A stretch of 64,000 nt of DNA from Octopus sinensis (taxonomy: Eukaryota). The notes below the pieces were generated by a model. That model did no database searches, had not been told where the DNA came from, and saw only the letters and a program-made list of their open reading frames with translations. Position numbers and translations under genes: made by a program. Shown piece after piece: positions 1-11,885 of the stretch (within the stretch, counting starts at the first letter, position 1; every line of letters starts with the position of its first letter). The stretch covers positions 62,992,001 to 63,056,000 of the forward strand of contig NC_042997.1 of NCBI RefSeq assembly GCF_006345805.1, written 5' to 3'.

Positions 1-539
1 ACTATTGCTTACGATGTTTTACTAATAACATATAAGAATAAATATTATCAATAACATGTTTTTCGCGATACTCAAAAATTTATATCGATTTTATAAAGCC
101 TTAAAATATAAACACATAATACATTTAAATATACTAGCGATATATCTAGATATCCCTTAAAGTGCACCTAAAGTGCACCCAAAAACCTCCTGAACGGCAC
201 GAGGAATATTCTTTGAATGCACCGAGATGCATGTTGCGGCACATCGTTTGGAAACAATTACAGTAGGAAGTAAAATTAAGTGTTCTGTTGAAAACTACTA
301 AGAAATAACAGTATCCGTTGTTTTTGAGTGAATTTTGGAAATGTATATCTTTTGTAATATCTGTTTTGTATCATTACGTTCTTAGTTTTAATTCGTTCCA
401 GGTCATCTTTATGTTTAATACTTTCACGATCAGTAAAATAAGTAAAAGAGAACAAGCACTATGAAGTCGATATAACGGATTAAATCATTGAGTAAGGAAG
501 TACTCTAAGAAGGTTGTAACAGTTCAATCACTAGGAATC

Positions 540-1440
540 GAGGAGAAAAATATATTAACGAAAAAGAGAGATACAAACCGCAAAGAAGTTAATGGGTGAC
601 TGGGTTGAAGAGAAAGAATAATAATGTGTAGAACTGAAGAAAGAAGTCTATGATATTCGTTATGATTACGCAAATGAGATCGATGCAAAAATTCAGAAAA
701 GAAAATGAAAACAACAAAAAAAAAAACCCCAAAAAAACGAGTTGATGAAAAAGTGAAATTGAAAACAGAAGTCAATGAAAATATGGCGACAAAAGGAAGC
801 GGGAAAAAATTAATGTAGAAGGAAAAGTAGAAAGGAAAAAATAATAAAGAAGGAAAAGTAGAAAGAAAAGAAATATAAATGTAAAAATGTCGAGGAGATG
901 GATGAGGAAAATGTATGATGAATGGAGACGAAGAGGAGGGAAAAGAAAGAGTAAATTGGAAAAAAGTGGTAGAAGATTCAGATCAGAAGATGCTAGGCAG
1001 TTGAAGCAGATGATGATGATGATGATGATGATATTAAGAACAATAACAATAATAAGAAGAAAAAGAAGATAAAGAAGTAAAACACAAGGAAGAAGAAGAT
1101 CAAGAAAAAGTAGATGCAACGATGCAGAAGATGATGAAATAATTTAAGAGGACGTTGTTAATAAGCAAGACAATAACCAGTAATGATTGATTGACATGAG
1201 CAATAACTACAACAAATGGCAAACTTTAGTTACACTGTCGTTTGATGATAATAAAGCAGTGGAGGAAATTGTGTGAATGAGGGAGGAGAATGAGTTAGTG
1301 GTGGTGGTGGTGGTGGTGGCGGTGGTAATAGTAGAAGTAGTAGAAGATATTTAGAAGATGAATCAGGAAATATTTTAACGGTGAAGTAACGCAAGCAAAG
1401 AAGATGAGAAAAGAAGAAGAAAAGCTGAAGATAAATATTT
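540..1440. repeat. Purine-rich low-complexity tract with (GAT)n and (GGT)n runs
   Basis: A/G-rich sequence with (GAT)n at ~1008-1032 and (GGT)n at ~1299-1326; ORFs here are compositional artefacts. Confidence 0.85.
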
Positions 1441-1445
1441 CTATC

Positions 1446-1760
1446 TTTTACTTGTTTGAGTCATTGGACTGCAGCCACGCTGGGTTACCGCCTTGAAGTG
1501 TTTTCGCTGAAGAAATTGACACCATGTGTCATTGTTGAAAGTCCGCTACGTATCAGTCTCTTTTACTGAACTTGTCACACTGTTTGTCAAGCGGTGGTGA
1601 GAGAAAAACATGCATGCACATACTTATCTATATCTACAATGGGTTTCTTTCAGTACATGTCTGCAAATGGTACTATTAAGTCAGGCCAAAGAGCCACGTA
1701 GAAGGACTGAGCCTGGAAACGTGTGGTTGGGAGGAAAACCTCTTACCACTAAGCTACGCA
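1446..1760 (-). mobile_element. Degraded SINE (family A, cephalopod-type tRNA-derived SINE)
   Basis: ttttacttgtttgagtcattggactgcagcc and the downstream ggactgagcctggaaacgtgtggttgg match the better-preserved copies at 29048-29389 and 46870-47036. Confidence 0.65.
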
Positions 1761-1789
1761 TTGCACGCACGCATGTATGCACGCACGCA

Positions 1790-1825
<36 letters not shown>

Positions 1826-1870
1826 TGCACACGTTCGCACACACACTTACATGCACACGTTCGCACACAC

Positions 1871-2030
1871 ATAGGCATTGGTGTGTAAGAAGCTTGCTTC
1901 CCAATCACATGGTTATGGCTTCAACTCCACCGCATGGTACCTAGGGAAAGTGTCTTCTACTACAGCCTTGGGTCGACCAAAGCCTTGTGAATGGATTTAG
2001 TAAACGGTAACTGAAAGAATTCCATCGTAT
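1871..2030 (+). mobile_element. SINE family A 5' head
   Basis: gtaagaagcttgcttcccaatcacatggtt...gtgtcttctactacagccttgggtcgaccaaagccttgtgaatggattt...ctgaaagaa matches the reverse complement of 46870-47036 and 29330-29389. Confidence 0.8.
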
Positions 2031-2037
2031 ATATATG

Positions 2038-2135
<98 letters not shown>

Positions 2136-2161
2136 ATATGATATATATATATATATACATA

Positions 2162-2550
2162 CAGTAGTACCTTGGTTTTCGAACAACTCTGATCACGGAC
2201 AAATCGTGCTTTATATTTATAGCTGGAATTTACAAAGAAACAAAAGACGAAGATATGTGTGTAAACAACAAAGAGGTGTATTAGTTTAACGCTCGGGAAG
2301 GTGAGAAAGTCTTTTACGTTTCGAGCCTACTCTCTTCAACAGAGAGGAACACAAGAAAATAAACGGAGGGAATAAAAAAAGAAAGATTTAGCAGCTAGCT
2401 GTTAATCATGGCAATGGCCAAGCACGATTTGTTTATGGTCAGAGACGTTCGTAAACCGAGGTACTGCTGTATTAAATGAATATGAAAAAGACAAGAGATA
2501 AAGCACCATTTATTCATGATCGGAGTTGTTCGAAAACCGAGATACTACTG
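2162..2550. mobile_element. pogo/Tigger-like MITE with TA target sites and a duplicated right TIR
   Basis: Left TIR TA|cagtagtaccttggttttcgaacaactctgatcacggacaaatcgtgc (2162-2209). Inverted matches at 2422-2469|TA and 2513-2550|TA. Confidence 0.75.
2211..2412 (-). mobile_element. Penelope-terminus-like repeat carrying a hammerhead-like motif, inside the MITE
   Basis: Minus strand reads ctgttgaagagagtaggctcgaaacgtaaaagactttctcaccttcccgagc; the same repeat occurs on + at 51462-51520. Confidence 0.55.
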
Positions 2551-2730
2551 TATACAGGTAAGCAGGTTGGAATAAGGGATAAGAATATCCGTTCTGCAGT
2601 AGATGACTTCCCATGAGATTTTAGCATGCTTAGGTTTATTGTGTATGAATGGAAGTGTAATTTTCTAGTAGATCCAGTATTGCTACAGCCACGCCAGGGT
2701 TAATATAACAATAAGTTTTGTGATGTGAAC

Positions 2731-2793
2731 AATATAATATAATATAATATAATATAATATAATATAATATAATATAATATAATATAATATAAT
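2731..2793. repeat. (AATAT)n pentanucleotide microsatellite
   Basis: About 12 perfect AATAT units seen directly. Confidence 0.95.
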
Positions 2794-3609
2794 AAAGTAA
2801 GATTTAGTATATATATTAAGTAAGATTTATTAAACTGTGGTAGGACCCGGAGTTTGTAACCATGTTAATAATTAGCAAGTGATTTAACTTGTAGTCGTTT
2901 ACCTGTTTGGGATTTTTGTACTTTTGCCCTGTCTCGTATGTCTGAGAGGCAGAATACACTCAGGAACCTGTAGACATTTAATAGTTCGTCTAGTATTCCC
3001 ACCACTTGGAATTTTGCTGCTACGAGTGTTAGAGTTAGCATTATATTTCGAAGGTAATTTCCACAAGTTTGCACCTCTCATATCAGTAGTCTTCCCTTAA
3101 CTGTAAAAAAGTCTTAGCCGTATTGGGTGATTGTATTTATCTCATTTTAAATTTTTATTTCTATTTTATGTTATGTTGAGATGTTGTAGAAGGACATCAG
3201 CAGCCTCGTGTCACTTATGAAATAGTCTTCTTCCCAACACACTTCGTTTTCTCCTTTATTTACGTCTACCCCTGTAAGGGTCTTAACTTGCCCTTGGTTT
3301 AAATATAACTGACCAACTGTAGAGGTCGACGGACTTTGATCAATTCCATTATGGAGAACAATTGGTGGTCTTTAGAATATTTCAGTAAGTACACCATTAT
3401 AAACACTCTAAGGGTTTTGTTTCTGGATGAATATTAATTAGCCCTATTTACGAAATCATGAGTACTATTCTTTTTCGAGACATATTGGTAATTCCTGTTT
3501 TACTTTAGCACTAGTTTTATTTTACTACTATTAATACACCCTGGTACCCCTATTATAAAGAGATAACCCATAAATTATTTCCCTAGTTCATTTGCTAGTT
3601 CACTGTATT

Positions 3610-3686
3610 GTCTATCGATTTCAAGCTCTACGCTGCAAAATGGTATGATTCTAATATATTGAGCCTTCTGGCCTCATCTTCAGGTC
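3610..3686 (-). ncRNA. Degenerate hammerhead-ribozyme-like motif
   Basis: Minus strand CTGAAGA (3683-3677), then long stem II (GGCTC...GAGCT), then GAA-ATCGAT-A (3622-3613) with palindromic stem III. Stem I is poorly paired. Confidence 0.35.
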
Positions 3687-3912
3687 CTATTCTTTTTATG
3701 TATTTGTATTCACTGTCATGAAGCTCTATGTACTAGATCGAACGTGCTATGAAAATGGCGAATATAATTTCGGAATTTTCTTAGTAAGCACCGACTGACA
3801 TTGGCAGCAGAAACGGCCGTAATAAATTTTATGTTATGTTTTGTATTAAAAAGTAATCAAACCGATGTTGGTCAATTTGTTTGTTTGTTGATCAAGTTTA
3901 CTCTATTATCTG

Positions 3913-4038
<126 letters not shown>

Positions 4039-4059
4039 GATTCTATGAGTATGTGTGTG

Positions 4060-4240
4060 TATATGTGTGTATGTGCTTTGCTGTCTGTGTATGTCTCCCG
4101 CCACCGCTTAATGGTGTGTTTACGTCCACGAAAATTAGCTGTTCAGTAAAAGAAACTGATAGGATAAGTAGCAGGCTTAAACAATTCTTTCAACTAAAAA
4201 CTTCTCCAAGGCGATGCCTCAGCATGGCCGCAGTTTTATG
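4060..4240 (+). mobile_element. SINE family A 3' half
   Basis: ggtgtgtttacgtccacg...gataggataagtagcaggctta...cagcatggccgcagt matches the reverse complement of 29048-29240. Confidence 0.65.
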
Positions 4241-4261
4241 AGTGAAATATGCAAAAAGAAG

Positions 4262-4318
<57 letters not shown>

Positions 4319-4849
4319 AGACGAATAAATTAAAAGATATTAAAAGAAAGGAGAAGAATAAAAAATGAGGAAATGGTAATAACAGAAATGATGGGAAGAG
4401 AAATACATATGAAGAGAGTTGGAGACGCGAGGCAAGGTAAGGCATAGCACAAATGGATGTGGGGAATGTGGCGAAAAGATAAAGACGAAAAGATGACGGA
4501 TAATGAGTGAGAGAAAAATTCCCAGATGGACAAACAATAGTGAGTTATAACAGTCATGTATTGCAGCTATTATAATCTATTTTAATGATGAGATGATATC
4601 TATTAGAACCTCTTGAAATGTAATTTACTCGCTAATGAAGCCAAATAACATTTAACCTCGTGACGTCCCCTCAGGATAATAAGAATGCAATGCAAATAGT
4701 ATCAGCTCGTCTTTAGGGTTAAACGATTGATAGTTATAAACGCAGTTTCAGACAAACGCACCTACATACAAACGCACACACACACACATTATATATATAT
4801 GCAGATAGTGACAAAGTGAGAGACAGCAAGAGAAGGCTAGTGAGGGTTG

Positions 4850-4883
<34 letters not shown>

Positions 4884-4973
4884 AATATATATGTATGTAC
4901 ATAAATATATATACAAATATGTATGCATATAAATATCTTTACATATATATAATACAGTTAAAATATGCATATA

Positions 4974-5006
<33 letters not shown>

Positions 5007-5301
5007 TTATATATGTGCATATATATATATTATATATATAATATATGTACATATATACAATATATTTACACACACACATATGTATATATGTATATATATG
5101 TGTGGATGCATGTAAATGTATGTACACCCACACATATTTACATATCCACACGTTCTACAATACTTGCTTATATCGTCGTGGTGTAAGGACCTCAGCAATT
5201 TTGCATATATTTGCTGCTTACATCTATTTACTTGCTCATCTAACATGGAGTCTTCTTTCAGCAATTATTAGTTGCCAGTTTTATTCAAGTGTATGCACGT
5301 A

Positions 5302-5341
<40 letters not shown>

Positions 5342-5376
5342 ATATATATCCACATGCATTTATGCAGTATATATAT

Positions 5377-5445
<69 letters not shown>

Positions 5446-5708
5446 GAAGCTTAAGGATACATAAAAGCATACACCTGCTAGAAATATAAGCTAAAATCTT
5501 AATTAAACCACCGGACAGCACCAAGATAACAGAGAAATAACAGTATGCGTTTTGTCTGCGGACCACCTATGTTACTCCTGTTGATACTACCGATTTTAAA
5601 TTTTATCCATAGATGATAGTAACAGTAGTGACATCTTATTTCAAATCTTAGTGTTGGAATGTTTTGTTTATATATATAATATATATTTCATTCATATGTG
5701 TGTGTGTG

Positions 5709-5769
<61 letters not shown>

Positions 5770-5880
5770 CAATTAAGATTCAAGTCAATTCTAATGAATT
5801 CACTTGAATGTGGTACTTAACTTAGATGCACCAGAAAACTATATGGTGTTAACCATACAGTAATGTGGGGTGATTATAAA

Positions 5881-6481
5881 CGAGAAAGAAGCAACAAGAA
5901 TGGATTAGTTTTTAGTACAATTGTTTCATACAAAGAGAGGCTTTATTAAAAGTTGCAAATATTGCAGCAGATAAAAGTGTCCCGTACTCATCAGCTAAAA
6001 CACATATGAGTTCTCCAAACATCTTAGTGGGTGAGGCTACACTCATGAAGTATTGGAGATAATTTCATTAAAAGCAGATTCCGGTTGTAAACAGAGTTCC
6101 GAAGTTCTTTAATGATGATGCACAGTCTTATCACAGGTTTTAAAAAAGCTTATTAGCTTCACAGAGAAGGCGAATTAATCCGTAGTGTAGGTGTAAATTT
6201 CCAGAGATATGAGGAGGTATTTCATACTCACAGACGATGAATTTATCCATGGTTAATCCACAATGAGGTGGGTATAATTTCATGCTATATGATAAGGTAT
6301 TATCTCCAATACTTCATGAGTGTAGCCTCACCCACTAAGATGTTTGGAGAACTCATATGTGTTTTAGCTGATGAGTACGGGACACTTTTATCTGCTGCAA
6401 TATTTGCAACTTTTAATAAAGCCTGTCTTTGTATGAAACAATTGTACTAAAAACTAATCCATTCTTGTTGCTGCTTTCTCG
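5881..6481. repeat. Inverted duplication, ~183 bp arms (5881-6063 / 6299-6481), ~235 bp spacer
   Basis: Arms align with only 2 mismatches by eye. The arm end (tatgaaacaattgtactaaa...ccattcttgttgct) recurs at 25435-25480. Confidence 0.9.
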
Positions 6482-6576
6482 TATATATATAATATATATA
6501 TATATATTATATATATATATATATCTATATATATATATATATATATAATATATATATATATAATATATATATTATA

Positions 6577-6862
6577 TAAGCAATAAAGGGTTTAGCAACG
6601 AATTGCCTTACCACATACCGAATTTAGAAATAGCAGTCAAAGAGTTATAGCTATTTCTTCTACTAAAAAGGGAGATCTCAGTAAAAACAGCAATTGGAAG
6701 GCAGACACAAACAGGTAAGAGAGAATGTTTGTGTCTGCCTTCCAATTGCTGTTTTTACTGAGATCTCCCTTTTTAGTAGAAGAAATAGCTATAACTCTTT
6801 GACTGCTATTTCTAAATTCGGTATGTGGTAAGGCAATTCGTTGCTAAACCCTTTATTGCTTA
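6577..6862. repeat. Perfect palindrome, 137 bp arms (6577-6713 / 6726-6862), 12 nt loop
   Basis: Base-by-base reverse complement identity; loop ggtaagagagaa. Confidence 0.95.
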
Positions 6863-6967
6863 GTATTACTTAAATTCTCCTCGAATGAGGCTTTTACATG
6901 CCGAAGACTACTTGGTGTAATTGATAATTATTCCAAATTAATTAATTTCACCCTTCATTATTACGGA

Positions 6968-7006
<39 letters not shown>

Positions 7007-7009
<3 letters not shown>

Positions 7010-7692
7010 ACTTATAAAATAAGGGCAAAAGAAAAATTCTAATGCCAAATATGCCGAAAAAAAGACAAGATTGTCAATAACCATTATAATTTATGCGTCT
7101 CGAAACAAGCCGATAGAAATTTCTAAAAAATCAGTTATTACCGTATTGGTCCCAATTTCGGGGTCAATTCATAAGAATTTTCCCCTCTTCAGCGATAAAT
7201 ACGTAAGACCTAAATGAAATACTTGCTCATACCCTTGGAAAAAGCAAGCACTATGTCCTGAGCAGACCTAAGTACCCCAAATATATCCAAAATAGAAAAC
7301 CTTCGGCACATCTCGAGACACGTGTGATTCGAACTAGAAACTTTACAGAGTGAGAGAATCCGGAAGTGAACACTTAAATTTACAACTAATGTAGCATAAA
7401 ATTTTTTTTTTCGAAAAAATTTTTAATCAATGGCCAGCATATAAAAAAATACCTTAAAGGTTAAATTTATAAATAACTTGTAAAATAAATAAGGTTATTG
7501 ACAATTTTGTCTTTTTTTTTCGGCATATTTGGCATTAGAATTTTTCTTTTGCCCTTATTTTATAAGTTATTTATAAATTTAACCTTCAAAGGTATTTTTT
7601 GTGTGTGTGTTGTGTGCATGTGTTTGTGCGTGAGTATGTGTGAGCATATTGATAAAATTTTTTCCGAAAAAAATTTATCCTACATTAGTTGT
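7007..7692. repeat. Nested inverted repeats
   Basis: Pairs 7007-7082/7493-7570, 7443-7489/7555-7600 and 7382-7425/7653-7692. The motif at 7603-7649 recurs at ~11305-11350. Confidence 0.75.
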
Positions 7693-7849
7693 TATACATA
7701 CATACATACATATTATATATATATATATATATTATATATATATATATAATATATATATTATATATATATATATATTCCTTTTATGTTCGGTTGGTGAAGA
7801 GTCAACGCCATTGGAGAGCATCAAATTTGAATTTGTAGTTGTGAAAAAG

Positions 7850-8335
7850 TTAGCTGCCATGCACGATTTAAAGCTATCTGAATATTGGAAAAGAGGTACT
7901 TTTAACATGATGATTCGCGTTGGGTATCAAAATGCAAACCTGATGGCTGCTGCTCAGTGCTTTGTGAACACTGTAAAGGCTGGCGATTATGGTCCATCCT
8001 TTGTCCGAGAGGATTGCTGCTGGAAGGCCATATGTGTGACTACAGCATTCGGCTCCTAGCCATACCTCCAGAAAGTGTCGGAAGTAGCTGTCGGAGAATT
8101 TCTACGAAACCAGCCCTAATTTCTGGCCTGTCAAATCGCCCGATTACTATGTGCAATCGCACTCCGATTACTGGGTGTGGGCTGTGTTTGAGAAAGACAC
8201 CAACCGTTTTGCCTGCAACACTAAGGCGAAGATGTTGGCCAAGATCAATGAAGTGTTCGAAAATCTTCTCAGGGCACATTGAAGAACGTTTGCGCCAGGT
8301 TCTAGAGCTGTCTTGAAGCCGTGGTGAAAGCTTAG
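7850..8335 (+). mobile_element. Internally deleted maT/mariner-type transposase remnant
   Basis: N-terminal MHDLKLSEYWKRGTFNMMIRVGYQNANLMAAAQCFVNTVK is joined to RIAAGRPYV*LQHSAPSHTSRK...SENFYETSPNFWPVKSPD...DYWVWAVFEKDTN. Homologous to 58520-59639. Confidence 0.75.
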
Positions 8336-8398
8336 CCATGGTGAAGGTTTAGCCGTAGCGAAGGCTTAGCCGTGGTAGGAGCTTAGCTGTGGTGGAAG
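8318..8398 (+). repeat. 17-bp minisatellite, ~5 diverged units (GCCGTGGTGAAAGCTTA)
   Basis: Units start at 8318, 8335, 8352, 8369 and 8386. Confidence 0.85.
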
Positions 8399-8527
8399 TA
8401 AATCATTATCTCCCAGCCATTAACTAGTCGATTCTTTTTGAGTTTTAAAAAAAAAGGTAACTTTTATCTCTGGATGGGATATTGTTTTCTTGTCTTGTTA
8501 TGCAAACTGTCAACTTTAATCCGAAGA

Positions 8528-8597
<70 letters not shown>

Positions 8598-10099
8598 TTC
8601 ATGCATATATAGCGTCATTCCGAATACCAACACAGAATTACAGAGTCTTTGTTTTCACAACTGCTAGCGATAAACATCTGCTTACACTTAACACTTATTC
8701 TAAGCTGGTTCACATTCGCTTTAGAAACTTCAGAAGAATAACTAGAGCGTTAATTGTATATAGCATATTATTCACCTATTTGAACTGAAGATTGTGATAA
8801 CAATATTTTTTTACAATATTGTCGGTGATTACTAAAAGCGATAGCTTTTTCTGCAGAAGTTCGTACACTAGTTTAATTTCTAATAAGATTCTACATGAAG
8901 TTGTGGGAAGTGAAGGAGTTGAAACGCACATTATTATTATACGCACTCAAAAATAGGAGAGTTCGATGCACTTGATGATCAGTCCAGAATTTTATAGGTC
9001 ACAGTCTGCCGGAAATAAACAAGAAGCAATATAATTCACAGGGCAGCAGTTTGCGTGCTTAGCCTTTGATATGAGGAATGATGCTGAGTTAAACGCGAAT
9101 GATATTTTGGGCCAGAGCACATGCAGTGTGGAGACTGTTAGATTAGTTGAACAGAGATTATAGTGTTAACAAAAGAAGATGAGAGAAAGTGCCAAAGTGC
9201 GTTTGTTATCTTTCATATTTTACTCATTTCAGTCATTAGACTGCGGCCATGCAGGGGCACCGTCTTGAAGAATATTTTTAGTGAAATGAATCGAACCCAG
9301 GACTTAATTTTTTTTATTAATCCTAGTGCAATAGCACAATGCCTTAGAAAAGGTCTCCTGTACTTTTAGGCCTAAAAAAGAACTTTAGCTATTAACTAAA
9401 TTAACTTCCTTGACAATACCCTTAATTTCATCACCTACTTACTTACACTCATTTAGAAATCATTATGAAAACTCAGAAATATAAAGGTCGAAGAGAGAGA
9501 GAGAGAAAGGAAATCGAAATAATGAGTGGGGTGGGGGCAGTTAAGAGACAAAATAAGAAGAGTAAGAACAGCTCCAAAAGGCAAAATAAAAGGATCAGAG
9601 AAGATAAGGCTAAAAGCCAGTTTGCTGAAAGGGTACCGCGCGGCTGGTCCAAATACCCATTCACAGATAATATGGCGGTTGAAAATGTCAGCGTCCCCAA
9701 AATGACTTAGGATACATAAGTGTAAGGTGTTGGGGTGAGGGACTGGGAATTATAGAAGTGAAAGAAAGAAAGTATGACGAGGAAAAAGAACGTTCGCTAC
9801 GGGAAGATACTATGAAGATGTTCTGATACTTACCTAATATGTAAAGAGACTTAGAATGCTATTACACAATAAGTAAATGTGGAATAACTTCATACCTCTG
9901 ACTTCATGCAAGTATCACCTGTACATTATGGTTATTACATAAGACTTAGTTTTCTGAAACAGCAGAGATAAGACATTAAAGGATTTCTATATATATTTCT
10001 TTATTTTCATTTTTATTCTGTATGTTTTGTGCCCCATGTAAATATATGTTTCAAGCGTAATTTTCATTACCTTACTGCCATTCTCTCTCATTTTCGAGA

Positions 10100-10485
10100 T
10101 CCCGCTGCCAAACCCGTCCGTTCATCACTGATACATTTCTCAATGGAGCCAATAAACACACTATTCACACCCGGGACTCGTTCTTATCTGCCTCTTCTAA
10201 CAGCATCTATTACCTCAAATTTACCTTTTGCGACACATTATATGTTGGACAGTCTGGCCACTGTCTAGCCGACAGACTTACGGAAAATTTACAAGGTGTC
10301 GGCTTCCAAAAAGAAAAAAAAAGAAAGAAGAAATGCTCCAGTCGCCAGCCACTTTTGAAAACCTCCCTGTCTTCAGCCAAGCATTCAACCAGGCATTACA
10401 CCATGGAACCACCATTATCAGATTTCGCCAGGAGCTACGGTGCATTTTCACACTAGGAACTCATACACCATTTGCACTTAACATC
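10100..10485 (+). mobile_element. Penelope-like element GIY-YIG endonuclease remnant
   Basis: RCQTRPFI...SASSNSIYYLKFTFCDTLYVGQSGHCLADRLTE...APVASHF, then a shifted frame RFRQELRCIFTLGTHTPFALN. Fits the PLE GIY-YIG pattern (IY..C...YVGQT.R.L..R..EH...PVA.HF...E...IF.LGT..P.GLN). Confidence 0.8.
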
Positions 10486-11885
10486 CCTACTCCTTCTTGT
10501 AACAGCTTCCAATTTCTATTTCCATTTTCCCTTTTTTATTTATTATTTTATTTTGTACTTATTATTTATTGTTTTTGTTTTGAATTTATCTTTCACACGC
10601 TTCCACACACCCATATATATAAATTCCACACCCCACACACTACATAGCTATCTACTGCACACACATTTCCATATCCTAACATGTTTAAAAAAACCTCTTC
10701 ACCCACACCGACGCACACACACGAACACGAAACGCACATGAAAACACATACGCACATACACCTGTACACACGCACCTGTACACATTGATGCGCATTGTGT
10801 ATATGGATGTATATACTATGGTTTCAAATTGGATACTATTTTTGCTGAGTGAATATGGAGAATTTGTAAACTTACTAGACGTTCCCTGATGATCGCTAGA
10901 ATATACTTGGAGGTATTTCATTGTATAGATTTTTTTACAGATATACATGCACAGAAAAAGACACATAAGCATACAAACATATGTGTATCTATAATAAAAA
11001 AAGATTTAGTTAAATAAGTGACTTGACAGTCTTACAGAGACACCTACTTTTGCCTTTTTCACTGAGTAAAGCTCAACTGTACTTGCTCTGTTAGGCAGGT
11101 GTCAAAGCATATAAAAATATTCCTAAAATCACATACCTCTTGTTGCAGTGTGTGTCTGTATATATATATGTATATATGTATATATATCCATGTGTGTATG
11201 TGTGTGTGTGTGTTTGTGTGTGTCAGTGTGTTTGTGCGCGTGTATTTGTTTGTGTCTGAGTGTACGTATGTATATGTGAGTGTGCATGCGTGGTTATGTG
11301 AATGTGTGTGTTGTGTGCATGTGTTTGTGCGTGAGTATGTGTGAGCATATGTGGGCGTTGTATGAGTGTGCGTGTGTATGTAGTAGACTAAATATCCGGT
11401 ATTTCCGGGGTTTAAAGAGTCAGGAAATTAACACGAAAAGAAATCAATTTAAATTATAGTAAAATTTATAAACACTGCCAGAATAAACACACAGAGAGTT
11501 TGTTCTTGATAAACACCCAACGGGTTTGGAAATAAGCGTATAATATAAATCCTTGTGAAGAATTTTTTTTTCAAATTCCCATGTATAAATATTAGCTATT
11601 CCACTTGTGCAGAAAGATTTTCGCAAATTCAAATCTTTTGATCTTATCTTTTATTTACAACCAACTCTGACCCTAAACCTAATCCAAAATTCTAATCTTA
11701 GGCTCTTTTCAAATTTATTCAGATGCTGTCCTAGCAATATAACTTAATTCCATCCCATCAAGGAACCCAGGATTGTGAACGCAATTTTGATACAGAATAG
11801 TGTTTTAAACTCCATTTTAGCATGCACGCTAGTGTTCTTGCTTGCATGGGAATGATTAAATGAATTATTTCAAATCGCTAATGAT

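Noticed and set aside
887-1072. K/R-rich ORF with poly-Met
   Set aside because: Product of a purine-rich low-complexity tract and (GAT)n; no domain signal.
3500-3690. Minus-strand peptide QYSELANELGK..FIIGVPG resembling a restriction-like LINE endonuclease
   Set aside because: Short, contains stops, lacks the PD-x-D motif, and overlaps a hammerhead-like motif that explains the region equally well.
9465-9710. Basic 81-aa ORF
   Set aside because: Low-complexity purine bias; no recognisable motif or splice support.
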